Assembly: GCA_040905715.1 (NCBI GenBank)
Contig: JBBDRA010000003.1
Coordinates: forward strand, 459,142-523,141
Direction of reading: 5' to 3'
Source: Minisyncoccota bacterium
GTDB lineage: Bacteria > Patescibacteriota > Minisyncoccia > Phycocordibacterales > CSBR16-193
Length of the DNA stretch: 64,000 bases
A program made the position numbers and the translations under genes. Shown piece by piece: positions 8,607 through 18,342 of this stretch (position 1 is the first letter of the stretch; each line of letters opens with the position of its first letter). The notes under the pieces were generated by a model, which searched no databases, was not told where the DNA came from, and saw only the letters and a program-made list of their open reading frames with translations.

Positions 8607-9008
8607 ATGTATATCCCTAATCCCAGGGAAGCAGCACAGGAGGCTGACGCCTCCGTTCTTACGTTTCTCGCCAAGAGTGAGGACAAGGTAGTGCGCCACA
8701 CTGTTGCGAGTAATCTTGACTGCCCGGATAAAGTTATCGAGGCATTACTTTTCGACCCGGACGAAGATGTTCGCCGGGCAGCACAAGACACAGCTGATAT
8801 CTGGACGTCAATGGCAGACGCGCGAGACAGCACTGACAGTGATCGTCTCCGCGAGTTAGCTAGCCATAAGCATCCTGCGGTTCGACGGCAGATTGCTGAA
8901 AACGCCTCGTGCCCTCAAGAAATTCGTGAAATTCTCAAGAAAGACGGAAACGATGAAGTTCGGAAAGCGGCACAGACCGGCCCCAGAGAACCTCCGACCA
9001 TCATGTAG
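8607..9008 (+). CDS. LRV/HEAT-like repeat protein
   Basis: Repeated VRxxVAxN.CP and DEDVRRAA units; SD AAGGAGG. Confidence 0.7.
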   Translation: MYIPNPREAAQEADASVLTFLAKSEDKVVRHTVASNLDCPDKVIEALLFDPDEDVRRAAQDTADIWTSMADARDSTDSDRLRELASHKHPAVRRQIAENASCPQEIREILKKDGNDEVRKAAQTGPREPPTIM

Positions 9009-9101
9009 ATTCTCTCTGTTCCATACCCTGCTCCACACAGAGCAACAAATAAATAAGTGCATCGCTCGTAGCGATGCACTTTTTTCTTTATTAAATTCAG
9101 C

Positions 9102-10295
9102 TTACAACTTTTTTACTTCACCGGGTGTCACCTCAAAGACCTGCATCTGCTCAAACGCCTGCGCTTCAAGACCTGCAAGATCACACCTTGACTCGGCTCG
9201 CTCCACATCCCGGAGACGAGCTTTGGTTTTAGGTTCGCTCGGCGTAAACACGCTGCAACAATCCTCGAACGGTCGCGTTGATATCTCATAGGTACCGATA
9301 CGTTTCGAAAGCTGAATCGTCTCAAACTTATCGTATCCAATGAGCGGCCGAATGGTCAGCATGCTCGAGACCGCATCTACTGCCGTAAGATTTTCGGATG
9401 TCTGGCTTGCAACTTGCGCCAAGCTGTCTCCGGTAACCAAGAGTCCGTAGTGCTTCTCCTGCGCTATCCGCTCAGCGATCCGATGCATGGACCGACGAAA
9501 AAGGATCGTCCAGTACCCTTCCGACGCCTGCTGGGCTATCTGTTTCTGGATCTCTGCAAGCGACGGGGCGTAGACAGTCATTGACTCCCCTTTGAAGCGA
9601 GCGAGCACGCGAGCAAGATCTAGCGCTTTTTCTTTTGCTTTCTCGCCGGTATACGGCGCGGAGTGAAAATACACTGCATCCATCGAAAGCCCGCGTTTCA
9701 TCCCTATCCAACAAGCAACCGGACTATCGATACCGCCGGACATTAGCGCAAGCCCCCTGCCGGACATACCGACCGGCAAGCCACCCGGACCTGACGTCTG
9801 GTCTTTGTCAGTATAAAGATAAGTTCCACCCTCACGCACTTCTATAAAAAGTGTAACATCGGGATCATCAAGATCCACGCCTAGACCAGGGATCTCGTCC
9901 TGAAGCACCTTACCCACCTGCACATTGATCTGCTGGGAGCTATATGAAAAATCTTTATCGGCTCGCCTTGTGACGAGGGCAAATTTCAAGTTTGTATTCC
10001 CCTTTATTAAAGTCCGGAATTTTTCTATCGCCACTTGCGTGATCACTTCAATATCATTTTCTACCATCACTGCCTCAGCAAACAAATGAATACCAAACAC
10101 TCGCGACAGCGCCTCACGCGCAGGCCTTAGATCTCCGTCATTCTCAAGCGTGACCCGAATTCGTCCACGCTCCCTCTTGATCGTTGTATCCTTAGAAATA
10201 ACGGCTTTTATATTAGAGACTAACCGCTCCTCAAAAAGACGCCGATTACGTCCTTTGAGGGCTATTTCCGAGTATTTTACTAAAATGCAATTCAT
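9102..10295 (-). CDS. thiI: tRNA 4-thiouridine synthase ThiI (no rhodanese domain)
   Basis: EIALKGRNR, THUMP domain, SGGIDS PP-loop, GDSLAQVASQT, EDCC. Confidence 0.95.
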   Translation of the reverse strand: MNCILVKYSEIALKGRNRRLFEERLVSNIKAVISKDTTIKRERGRIRVTLENDGDLRPAREALSRVFGIHLFAEAVMVENDIEVITQVAIEKFRTLIKGNTNLKFALVTRRADKDFSYSSQQINVQVGKVLQDEIPGLGVDLDDPDVTLFIEVREGGTYLYTDKDQTSGPGGLPVGMSGRGLALMSGGIDSPVACWIGMKRGLSMDAVYFHSAPYTGEKAKEKALDLARVLARFKGESMTVYAPSLAEIQKQIAQQASEGYWTILFRRSMHRIAERIAQEKHYGLLVTGDSLAQVASQTSENLTAVDAVSSMLTIRPLIGYDKFETIQLSKRIGTYEISTRPFEDCCSVFTPSEPKTKARLRDVERAESRCDLAGLEAQAFEQMQVFEVTPGEVKKL

Positions 10296-10351
10296 GTTCT
10301 GTATTCAGTATTATGTATTAAAGATAAATACCGTATACGGAATACCGGATA

Positions 10352-11512
10352 CTACACCGTCCGCGTTGCAGACCTTAATTCTTCCACCGCTTCTCTCACT
10401 ATCTGTGACGCATTCTCAATTTCTTCCGTCGTATTCAATCGAGATAATCCGAATCGAACACTCGAATTCTTCACGTCTTGTCGATCTGTAACATGCTCCA
10501 GTACGTGACTCTTAATCTTGTTATTTGTTGAGCAAGCCGAACCGGTAGAAAAGTACACCCCTTTCTCTTCAAGCGTATGAAGTAGTGTTTCAGCTGAAAC
10601 ACCCAAAAAAGAAACGTTCAGTGTAGTCTCCAGTCCACTTTCTGGTGAGTTAATGACTACATCATCGATCTGTGTGAACACGCTCAACAGATACTCACGT
10701 AAATTCTGAATATGATCCCGATTTTGCCTCAGGTTGCTATACGCCAATTCCACAGCTTTCCCGAGTCCTACTATAGCCGGAACATTCTGTGTACCTGAAC
10801 GAATACCAAATTCCTGTCCTCCCCCAACAATAAGCGGCTTCATACGCTGTTTTACTCCTTCTTTTACGACCAGCGCACCGACACCTTTCGGTCCATGAAA
10901 CTTATGCGCACTGATCGCGTATGCATCAATATGCGTCAGATCAACAGACATCTTACCAAACGCTTGAACCCCATCCACCACCACATACACATCATCTTTC
11001 TTTTTCTTCACTGCATACGCAATATCATTCACCGGATTGATCGTACCGAGTTCATTGTTGACCTGCATTACCGCAACAAGCGCGGTATCTTCACGCACTA
11101 CCTCACTCACTTGCTCCGGTGTAACCATGCCATACTGATCAGTCTTAAGATAACTCACTTCCCAGCCTTCTTCTTCAAGAACCTGGCACGATGAAAGAAC
11201 CGCATCATGCTCTACTGCCGTAGTGACAATGTGCCGGCCTTTGCGCTTATTCGCTCGCGCAATACCCAGAATGGCTGTATTGAGCGACTCAGTTGCCCCG
11301 GAAGTAAATACGACCTCACTCTCTTTAACACCCAACAGCTCTGCCAGCTGATATCTGACGTTGCTCACCGCTCGCTCAGCCTCCGTTCCTTTGGAGTGCA
11401 AGCTCGAGGGATTGCCATACCGCTCGGTAAAATACGGAAGCATCGCCTCTATCACAACCGAGTCAACCGGTGTAGTAGCATTGTTATCTAGATAGATACT
11501 TTCTTTTTTCAT
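10352..11512 (-). CDS. iscS: cysteine desulfurase (IscS/NifZ-like)
   Basis: YLDNNATT, SAHKFHGPKG and STGSAC motifs. Confidence 0.92.
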   Translation of the reverse strand: MKKESIYLDNNATTPVDSVVIEAMLPYFTERYGNPSSLHSKGTEAERAVSNVRYQLAELLGVKESEVVFTSGATESLNTAILGIARANKRKGRHIVTTAVEHDAVLSSCQVLEEEGWEVSYLKTDQYGMVTPEQVSEVVREDTALVAVMQVNNELGTINPVNDIAYAVKKKKDDVYVVVDGVQAFGKMSVDLTHIDAYAISAHKFHGPKGVGALVVKEGVKQRMKPLIVGGGQEFGIRSGTQNVPAIVGLGKAVELAYSNLRQNRDHIQNLREYLLSVFTQIDDVVINSPESGLETTLNVSFLGVSAETLLHTLEEKGVYFSTGSACSTNNKIKSHVLEHVTDRQDVKNSSVRFGLSRLNTTEEIENASQIVREAVEELRSATRTV

Positions 11513-11685
11513 GAAGTTGACAGTATAAACCTTTTGTTTTAATACTTCAACATATTGTCTTATTACATGTTGCCCTTCGACCTGTTACATTCCGAAAACG
11601 TGCCGTATGAACAATACGCTAACTTCACACCGAATACCTACCGATAGGTAGAGACAGGCCGGATACGGTATACTAAATACTGCAC

Positions 11686-12294
11686 ATGGATGATCGAGCT
11701 AAAAAAATGAGAGCGGTCAAAAAAGAGGTTGAGGCTCTTACTCGTTCTCCTCTTTGCCAAGAGCGCATCAAAAACGAAAAACTTCCGGTCGTCGGTGAAG
11801 GCGCACTCGATGCCGATATTATGCTCATCGGCGAAGCACCGGGCAAGAATGAGGCGATCACCGGCCGGCCGTTTTGCGGAGCCGCCGGACGGATTCTTGA
11901 CCACCTTTTTCTATCAGTCGGAATACAGCGCGAGGATGTTTATATTACGAGCATCGTCAAGGACCGTCCGCCAAATAACCGCGACCCGACCCCTCAAGAG
12001 ATCGCTGACTACGCTCCTTTCCTGGACCGACAGATAGAGATCATTCAGCCTAAGGTGATCGCCACACTCGGACGCTTTGCGATGAACTATATTCTTGAGC
12101 GATACGGCACACCGGAGATGATCCGACCGATCAGCCAGAACCATGGCAAAAAATACAAGATACAAATGACCTACGGCGACATTGATGTTATACCGCTTTA
12201 TCACCCAACCGCTACGGTTTACAATAAAACAGTACGCAAAGATCTGGCAGAAGATTTTAAAATCTTGGCGAAACCTAATCAACCAATAAAATAA
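11686..12294 (+). CDS. uracil-DNA glycosylase, family 4
   Basis: GEAPG, GRPFCG.AG, RPPNNRDP and LYHP motifs. Confidence 0.9.
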   Translation: MDDRAKKMRAVKKEVEALTRSPLCQERIKNEKLPVVGEGALDADIMLIGEAPGKNEAITGRPFCGAAGRILDHLFLSVGIQREDVYITSIVKDRPPNNRDPTPQEIADYAPFLDRQIEIIQPKVIATLGRFAMNYILERYGTPEMIRPISQNHGKKYKIQMTYGDIDVIPLYHPTATVYNKTVRKDLAEDFKILAKPNQPIK

Positions 12295-12298
12295 TCCT

Positions 12299-12757
12299 AT
12301 GCAAACAGAACACGGAATATTTGGCGTCGGAGTGGGAGTGATGATCAAGCGGGGCAACACAGTGCTTCTGGGCAAACGCCACAGCGACCGCGACAAGGCA
12401 GACAGCGATCTTGAAGGTCAAGGTTCCTGGACCTTCCCGGGCGGATCAGTTGAGTTCAACGAGAATTTGGCGGACGCAGTACTGCGCGAGGTAAAAGAAG
12501 AAACCGGTCTAGAAGTAGACCCAACGTCACTCCAGCTGATCAGTGTTGCGGACGATAAACTTGAAAAGAAGAAGGTTCACTTCGTCACGATAGGCTTTCT
12601 TGTCCCGGACATCACCGGTGAAGCAACAGTGATGGAGCCGGACGAAATAACAGAATGGCGCTGGTTTGAGATCGATGACCTTCCCACTCCTTTATTCAAA
12701 CCTACAAAAAAGATGGTCGAGCAACATAGAGAAAACAAGCTTTATGTCCACAGGTAG
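12299..12757 (+). CDS. NUDIX hydrolase
   Basis: PGGSVEFNE...REVKEETGL Nudix box. Confidence 0.9.
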   Translation: MQTEHGIFGVGVGVMIKRGNTVLLGKRHSDRDKADSDLEGQGSWTFPGGSVEFNENLADAVLREVKEETGLEVDPTSLQLISVADDKLEKKKVHFVTIGFLVPDITGEATVMEPDEITEWRWFEIDDLPTPLFKPTKKMVEQHRENKLYVHR

Positions 12758-12812
12758 CGCATTCGGAACTTCACCTTTAGAATGGAATAGTACTAACCAT
12801 TAATCTTCATCT

Positions 12813-13118
12813 ATGGACCTCATCCTTGACCCGCTCGCATCCACAAACCTGATACTCGCGCTTACCGTTGTTGTTTTCGGCACACTCGCCTACAGAGCAA
12901 GTAAAGATAAGACAACGCTCTATCTCGCCGCCGGATTCTGTCTTTTCGCCATCACTGATCTTCTCACCATCTTTGGTATCGGTACTCGTTTTGACGCACT
13001 TCACATCATCACTTTGATCAGCGGGTATATTGCTGTCGTTGCGGCACTCTACTTACTCTGGCAGAAGAAACCGGAGCCAAAGCGAAGCTTTATTAAGCGA
13101 CTGTTCAGCCGTAAATAA
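12813..13118 (+). CDS. small membrane protein
   Basis: Three hydrophobic helices and a basic tail. Confidence 0.65.
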   Translation: MDLILDPLASTNLILALTVVVFGTLAYRASKDKTTLYLAAGFCLFAITDLLTIFGIGTRFDALHIITLISGYIAVVAALYLLWQKKPEPKRSFIKRLFSRK

Positions 13119-13149
13119 ATAAAAGCCCGTACATAAAAGTTTAAACAAA

Positions 13150-13179
13150 AAAGACCCGCTCTGAAGAGAGCGGGTCTTT
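13150..13179. terminator. intrinsic terminator
   Basis: AAAGACCCGCTCT-GAAG-AGAGCGGGTCTTT; the longer U-tract is on the minus strand. Confidence 0.75.
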
Positions 13180-13270
13180 CCCAATATGAATCCACTATAT
13201 CAAGTTTGACCCCACTAAAACCCAAAACCGCCCAGCACTCTGGGTGCAAGGCAGTAAAGGTGGCGGCGGC

Positions 13271-13423
13271 ATCCTCTCGGTACAAAGAGGAGAATTCCAG
13301 GCGACATTTTATAGTGGTACCCAGGAGATCCAGACTTATAAGCTTTATTATAATTGCTGAATCAGCTCGGGTCCTTTTTTTGTCTTATTATGATTGGAAC
13401 TCCTCTTTAGAGAAGATTACCTA
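13271..13423 (-). ncRNA. candidate 6S RNA-like rod-shaped ncRNA
   Basis: Long hairpin with a central unpaired bubble, an upstream TG-G-CATAAT extended -10, and a downstream terminator. Confidence 0.5.
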
Positions 13424-13688
13424 TATTGTATTATGCCACTATCGGCGAATATTACAATAAGCGAGTCACACCGGTTTCGTGTATATCCTGTGGAAATCTT
13501 GTTTATATCAGTGGATACACAGGGGACAACTTCGGGATAACTCAGCGGCCCTCATGGTCATATTCTCAATTTAGACCTCAACTAAGCTTCCGTTAGATAA
13601 CCTCGCCCAAATTTAAAACATATACACAACTTAAACCCGCCTAGCCTGAGCCAAGCGGGTTTAAGACTGAGATCAAAACAAAGGTTTA

Positions 13689-13982
13689 CTACTCTACCTC
13701 TACTTCAGCACCTGCTGAGGCGCCATCATCATCCTCGTCCTCAACATCATTAGTTTCGTCCATAGTATCATCGTTTCCTTCTTCAAGCTGCTCATCAACA
13801 TCACCATCCGGCAACGTTGTGTCTTCACCTCCTCCAGCAAACAAGATAATACCGAGTACAATAATAATGATAACGACTACTACGATCAAAATTGTGTTTG
13901 TAGAGCTTTTGCTATCGCCACCTTGTGGTTCTTGTGTTGAACCCATGTCGTTCTGCGGCTGTTGGTTAAAATCTTCTGGCAT
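13689..13982 (-). CDS. single-TM acidic hypothetical protein
   Basis: One TM helix and a D/E-rich tail; terminator-like hairpin at about 13632-13664. Confidence 0.7.
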   Translation of the reverse strand: MPEDFNQQPQNDMGSTQEPQGGDSKSSTNTILIVVVVIIIIVLGIILFAGGGEDTTLPDGDVDEQLEEGNDDTMDETNDVEDEDDDGASAGAEVEVE

Positions 13983-14194
13983 AAAGTTGACTTAAAATTA
14001 TAATTGAGGCGTATCCGGAAGCACCGCTAAGCGGACACGCCCCAGGTACACTAGTTTGATTATAGAAGGTATAGTTACAAAAGACAATAGACGAAACGGA
14101 AAAGCTGTGGAAAGTACTGCATGGCAAGGCTATTCCTTCCATTTGCAGAATGCGCTATACTAATGGGAGTTACTTAAAAACCACTATTACATCT

Positions 14195-14476
14195 ATGTTA
14201 CGAACACCGATCATCATCGCAGTAGCCCTTCTTGTTGCGGGAGGCATTGGCTACGCCGTACTTTCCCAGACCAACACTTCTATCCCGATACAAGATGAGT
14301 TCTCTGATAAAGTTGTATACACGATCGATCTTGGTGTTGATACCCAGCCGCTGATCGAAGATTGCAGCGAGAGAGGCGGTGAATTCAGTGAATGCGGAAG
14401 CGTGTGCGAGCCGGAGGCCGAGATGTGTGCCAGCGTTTGCGCATATACCTGTGATGGTATTCCCGAACGAAATTAG
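14195..14476 (+). CDS. exported Cys-rich small protein
   Basis: N-terminal anchor and six Cys (C..RGG...CGS.C.....C..VCAYTC). Confidence 0.65.
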   Translation: MLRTPIIIAVALLVAGGIGYAVLSQTNTSIPIQDEFSDKVVYTIDLGVDTQPLIEDCSERGGEFSECGSVCEPEAEMCASVCAYTCDGIPERN

Positions 14477-14520
14477 GGACCTTGAACAGCCTCATAAAAT
14501 GTGCTATATACTATATATCT

Positions 14521-14634
14521 ATGCCGAACAATAAATCACAACGAAAAAAAGACAAGACCCTCCGCAAACACAAAAAGGGCCTCAAGAGCGGTCGCGAACT
14601 CGAAAAGCTGAAAAAACAAAAAATACGGAGCTAA
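14521..14634 (+). CDS. 37-aa very basic small protein (MPNNKSQRKKDKTLRKHKKGLKSGRELEKLKKQKIRS)
   Basis: Read manually; promoter-like TTGAAC-17-TATATA upstream and a hairpin at about 14667-14700 downstream. Confidence 0.55.
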   Translation: MPNNKSQRKKDKTLRKHKKGLKSGRELEKLKKQKIRS

Positions 14635-14757
14635 CAAAAATCCTCTAGCTAACGTTTGTACCTACAATAACCCGCTTTCTCTACTCTAGCGGGTTATTTT
14701 ACTATATGGGTATGAGGACTTGCGTTCCCCTATTATCCCCCATATGATGGAACCGTT

Positions 14758-15957
14758 ATGAGCAACACTCCAAAAATTCAGATTGAACATCTCTATAAGA
14801 TCTTTGAAAAGAAGCCAAACACCGTCGACGAACTTCCTAAAGACCTCGTCTCAAAAAAAGAGACCGCGACGCAGATCGGGCAAGTGGTCGCACTCCAAGA
14901 CATCAACTTTGATGTAAAAGAGGGTGAGATATTCGCTATCACAGGACCGACCGACTCCGGCAAATCTACGTTACTTCGCTGTATCAGCCGGCTCCAAGAG
15001 ATAACCCACGGCTCGATTCTGATCAATAACGTAGACATTACCCAACTCTCTCAAGATAAGATACGTCAGTTCCGCCAAACTACTTTTGGAATGGTCTTTC
15101 AACACGTTTCTCTCTTCCCTCACCGAAGTGTGTTTGAGAACGTTATCTTCGGCCTGGAGGTCCAAGGAGTCCCAAAAAAGGAACGTGTTGAAAAGGGACA
15201 ACACGTTATAGATATGGTTGGACTCAATCAGTGGTCAAACAGACTCACCGGCGAACTCTCCGGTGACATACAGCAACGTGTTGGTCTCGCTCGAGCGTTA
15301 GCCGTCAATCCTGAGGTACTCCTTATGGACGAGCCCTTCTCAGCACTCGATCCCCTCACTCGAAACGGCCTGCAAGACGAGTTTTTAAAACTTCATTCTA
15401 AAATAGGTAAAACAGTCCTTTTTGCTACCGACGACCTCAATGAAGCTGTCCGTATTGCCGACCGCATCGGCATCATCAACAGCGAAGGCGAACTGATCCA
15501 GGTCGGATCACCTGAGGAGATCTTACTCGACCCCGCAGACGAATACATAGAAAGATTCTTGAACGATATCGATAGACCGTCGGTTATCCGTGTCGAAAGC
15601 CTTATGCAGCAGCCCCGCCATGTTATTCAAGAGAACAAAACACCGGCAAGCGCTCTCGCAAAAATGAACGAGACAAAGACCGATTACGTATTTGTAATAA
15701 CATCGGGTAAAGGTTTCCGAGGCATCGTAACCCGTGAACGTGCCGTGAGCGTGACCGATCCCAGCTCAACTCTTGCCGATATAACCCGCGCCTCAGATAT
15801 CACGCACACGAACCGAACGATCAAAGAAGTTCTGCCACATGTGCTTGAAGGCGGCCGACCAATTGCTGTGCTGGATGACGAAGAACAATTTGTGGGCGAA
15901 GTCAGCCGAAGTGAGATCGCTGCTGTTCTAAAAAAGCAACAGAGAAGCAGTGTCTAA
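14758..15957 (+). CDS. proV: glycine betaine/proline ABC ATPase with CBS domains (ProV/OpuAA-like, degenerate motifs)
   Basis: GPTDSGKST, MVFQ, QQRVGLARALA and LMDEPFSALDP motifs; C-terminal CBS pair. Confidence 0.85.
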   Translation: MSNTPKIQIEHLYKIFEKKPNTVDELPKDLVSKKETATQIGQVVALQDINFDVKEGEIFAITGPTDSGKSTLLRCISRLQEITHGSILINNVDITQLSQDKIRQFRQTTFGMVFQHVSLFPHRSVFENVIFGLEVQGVPKKERVEKGQHVIDMVGLNQWSNRLTGELSGDIQQRVGLARALAVNPEVLLMDEPFSALDPLTRNGLQDEFLKLHSKIGKTVLFATDDLNEAVRIADRIGIINSEGELIQVGSPEEILLDPADEYIERFLNDIDRPSVIRVESLMQQPRHVIQENKTPASALAKMNETKTDYVFVITSGKGFRGIVTRERAVSVTDPSSTLADITRASDITHTNRTIKEVLPHVLEGGRPIAVLDDEEQFVGEVSRSEIAAVLKKQQRSSV

Positions 15958-15996
15958 GTCTTTATTTTTTATCGCCCAAAAGCTATACGCAACAGT

Positions 15997-16926
15997 ATGC
16001 CCCACTCAACAAACACCTACCTTTTCGTTGCCCTCGTCGTGGTCTTAGCAGCCACGGCAGGATTGGTTGGATCCTTAGATATTGCTGCTCGTATCCCGTA
16101 CATACCGTTTCAGGAAACTGCGGACACCGTGATCGGCTGGCTAAATACGAATCTTGACCCACTATTCAGCAGTATAGCCTTTATCATCACCTCTCTTCTT
16201 ACACCAATTCACTATTTTTTTACCCAGGCTCCGTCCGTACTCGTCATTGCTGTGCTTGCCTCTCTCGGCTACCTTCTCGATACATGGCGACTATGCTTAC
16301 TCATCCTTATTTCTCTCTTGTTTGTAACCTCCTTCGGCCTCTTTGACGAAACAATGATCACCCTATCACTGGTCATTACCTCAACCCTCTTCGCCCTTCT
16401 CGTTGGCATACCACTAGGAATCGCCAAAGCCCACTCGCACACGCTAGCAAATAGTGTCGATCCGCTGCTTGATTTTATGCAGATCGTACCGCTGTTCATA
16501 TACCTGATACCGGCAATACTCTTCTTCTCGATCGGAATCATACCCGGCATCGTAGCGACCTTTATCTTCTCAATACCTCCGGCTGTACACCTCACCGCCC
16601 TCGGAATCAAACAGATCCCGGATGAATACCTTGAAGTCAGCCGAGCTTTTGGCGCTACCCCCTTTCAGTCACTAAGAAAAATAGAGCTTCCGCTTGCCTT
16701 ACCATCGATCATGGCTGGCGTACATCAGACCACCCTGCTCTCCCTCTCGATGATCGTCGCAGCTTCAGTGGTCGGAGTGCCTGGGCTCGGAGAGGTCGTG
16801 TACGCATCTCTCACCCAGTCACAGATAGGCCAAAGTATTGTGAGTGGCATAAGTGTCGTACTGCTGGCAGTAATGCTTGACCGAGTTGCCCGAGCGACAA
16901 ACAAACATGTCTCCCGGCACTCCTAA
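15997..16926 (+). CDS. proW: glycine betaine/proline ABC permease (ProW/OpuAB-like)
   Basis: PLLDFMQ..P.FIYLIP, AFGAT and IELPLALPSIMAG motifs. Confidence 0.85.
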   Translation: MPHSTNTYLFVALVVVLAATAGLVGSLDIAARIPYIPFQETADTVIGWLNTNLDPLFSSIAFIITSLLTPIHYFFTQAPSVLVIAVLASLGYLLDTWRLCLLILISLLFVTSFGLFDETMITLSLVITSTLFALLVGIPLGIAKAHSHTLANSVDPLLDFMQIVPLFIYLIPAILFFSIGIIPGIVATFIFSIPPAVHLTALGIKQIPDEYLEVSRAFGATPFQSLRKIELPLALPSIMAGVHQTTLLSLSMIVAASVVGVPGLGEVVYASLTQSQIGQSIVSGISVVLLAVMLDRVARATNKHVSRHS

Positions 16927-16975
16927 TTCGAACGTGTATTAAAAAAGGAGCAAAACAACTGATACAATGTAATAT

Positions 16976-17230
16976 ATGAATACTATTTTTAGATCATTCA
17001 CCTTTCGCTGGTGGCAACTAGCACTATATGAGACCGCTCTTATTTCGCTCGGACTCGGAGTCGGATCGATCTGGAGCGACACATTTGAAGATCTAGCGCC
17101 GTGGCTGCTACTTGTCTTTATCTGCATCGCTCCGTATATCCTGTACCTGTACCTTGACCAGGTCTCACAAAAGGCAATTATTTCACGAAAAGATGACCCA
17201 CGAGATCCGTCGCAAAAAGAAGGACGTTGA
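16976..17230 (+). CDS. small membrane protein
   Basis: Two hydrophobic helices. Confidence 0.55.
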   Translation: MNTIFRSFTFRWWQLALYETALISLGLGVGSIWSDTFEDLAPWLLLVFICIAPYILYLYLDQVSQKAIISRKDDPRDPSQKEGR

Positions 17231-17355
17231 TACTACACAGCTCGACAACGCATACTGAAGGCGTATAATGCCCAAAGCTACGCCCTCCCACTGCTTACGT
17301 GGATGAGGTTAGTACGTTAGTAAACAAACATTAATTACCTTAATACGAATTTCTT

Positions 17356-18186
17356 ATGAATAAAGCCATCACTATCATCGCCATTCTTGCAATTGTTTTC
17401 CTCGCCGGAATACTCTTGTTCGGCGCGGGAGAGGAGCCAAAAGCAAGTGGCCAGGTATACTTCGGTATAACTGATGCCGCTGCTGACATGGGCAACATTA
17501 GCGAGATCACCATGACAACCGAGCGCGTTGAGCTTCACAGCCAAACCGAAGGCTGGATGACCGCTTCAAGCGAGCAGGAAAGTTTTAACCTCCTTGAACT
17601 TAACGCATCAGGCCAAAACCAGCTATGGGCTCAGGCAGATGTTAATGAGGGTGCGTACGACCGAGTACGAGTCACTATTGCTAGCGTAGAAGTTACAACC
17701 GAGGACGGCGAAACGACCGAGGCAACGCTTCCTTCAAACCACGTTACTCTTGATGGAACAGTAAACGTAACGACCGGTGCAACATCAAGCGTACTGCTCG
17801 ATGTTGAAGCAGACCGATCTATCCACGTCGCAGCAGACAGCAGCTTTGTTTTCGCTCCGGTTATTCAGATGGAGACGCGAAGCAATTCAAACGTAGAAGT
17901 TACTAGCGAAAACATGCTCACTATTACTGGTGGGTCTGTGGACGCAGATGTTACCTTCGGCGTGGATCTCGCTGGAAACAGCCAAGCGAACTTCTCACTC
18001 GATGCCGACCAGGCAATTGAGCTAAACGAAGACGGCTCTATCAACGTTGACCTTGGAGGTGAGTCAGCTACGAGCTCTGATGATAACGATTCCTCAGCTG
18101 ATGTAGAGACTGACACAGAAATTAATGCTGAAACAGACGGCGCGGGAGCCGGTGTAGAAGTGGAGACCGAAGCCAACGTACAGTAA
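17356..18186 (+). CDS. DUF4382-like surface protein
   Basis: N-terminal anchor; ITDA, FNLLEL, G.Y.RVRV and LLD...DRS...FAPVI pattern. Confidence 0.7.
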   Translation: MNKAITIIAILAIVFLAGILLFGAGEEPKASGQVYFGITDAAADMGNISEITMTTERVELHSQTEGWMTASSEQESFNLLELNASGQNQLWAQADVNEGAYDRVRVTIASVEVTTEDGETTEATLPSNHVTLDGTVNVTTGATSSVLLDVEADRSIHVAADSSFVFAPVIQMETRSNSNVEVTSENMLTITGGSVDADVTFGVDLAGNSQANFSLDADQAIELNEDGSINVDLGGESATSSDDNDSSADVETDTEINAETDGAGAGVEVETEANVQ

Positions 18187-18216
18187 TTGATCAGGTTTAA
18201 GGTTCCAGTTTATAGA

Positions 18217-18250
18217 GAAAAGCCGGTCGCGTACGCGACCGGCTTTTCTG
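18217..18250 (+). terminator. intrinsic terminator
   Basis: AGAAAAGCCGGTCGCG-TA-CGCGACCGGCTTTTCT. Confidence 0.7.
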
Positions 18251-18342
18251 GTTTGACGGATAACTCTAACCATCATATCCGAAAGAATCGGGCAGGTCAC
18301 GTGTCTATGATATAATAGAAACATACATAACCTTTTAGGCCT

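Noticed and set aside
13049-13460. ORFs 13049-13285 and 13206-13460
   Set aside because: They cross a terminator and the structured RNA candidate, and have no coding signature.
13440-13640. oriC
   Set aside because: The boxes are degenerate, dnaA/dnaN are not nearby, and no clear unwinding element is visible.
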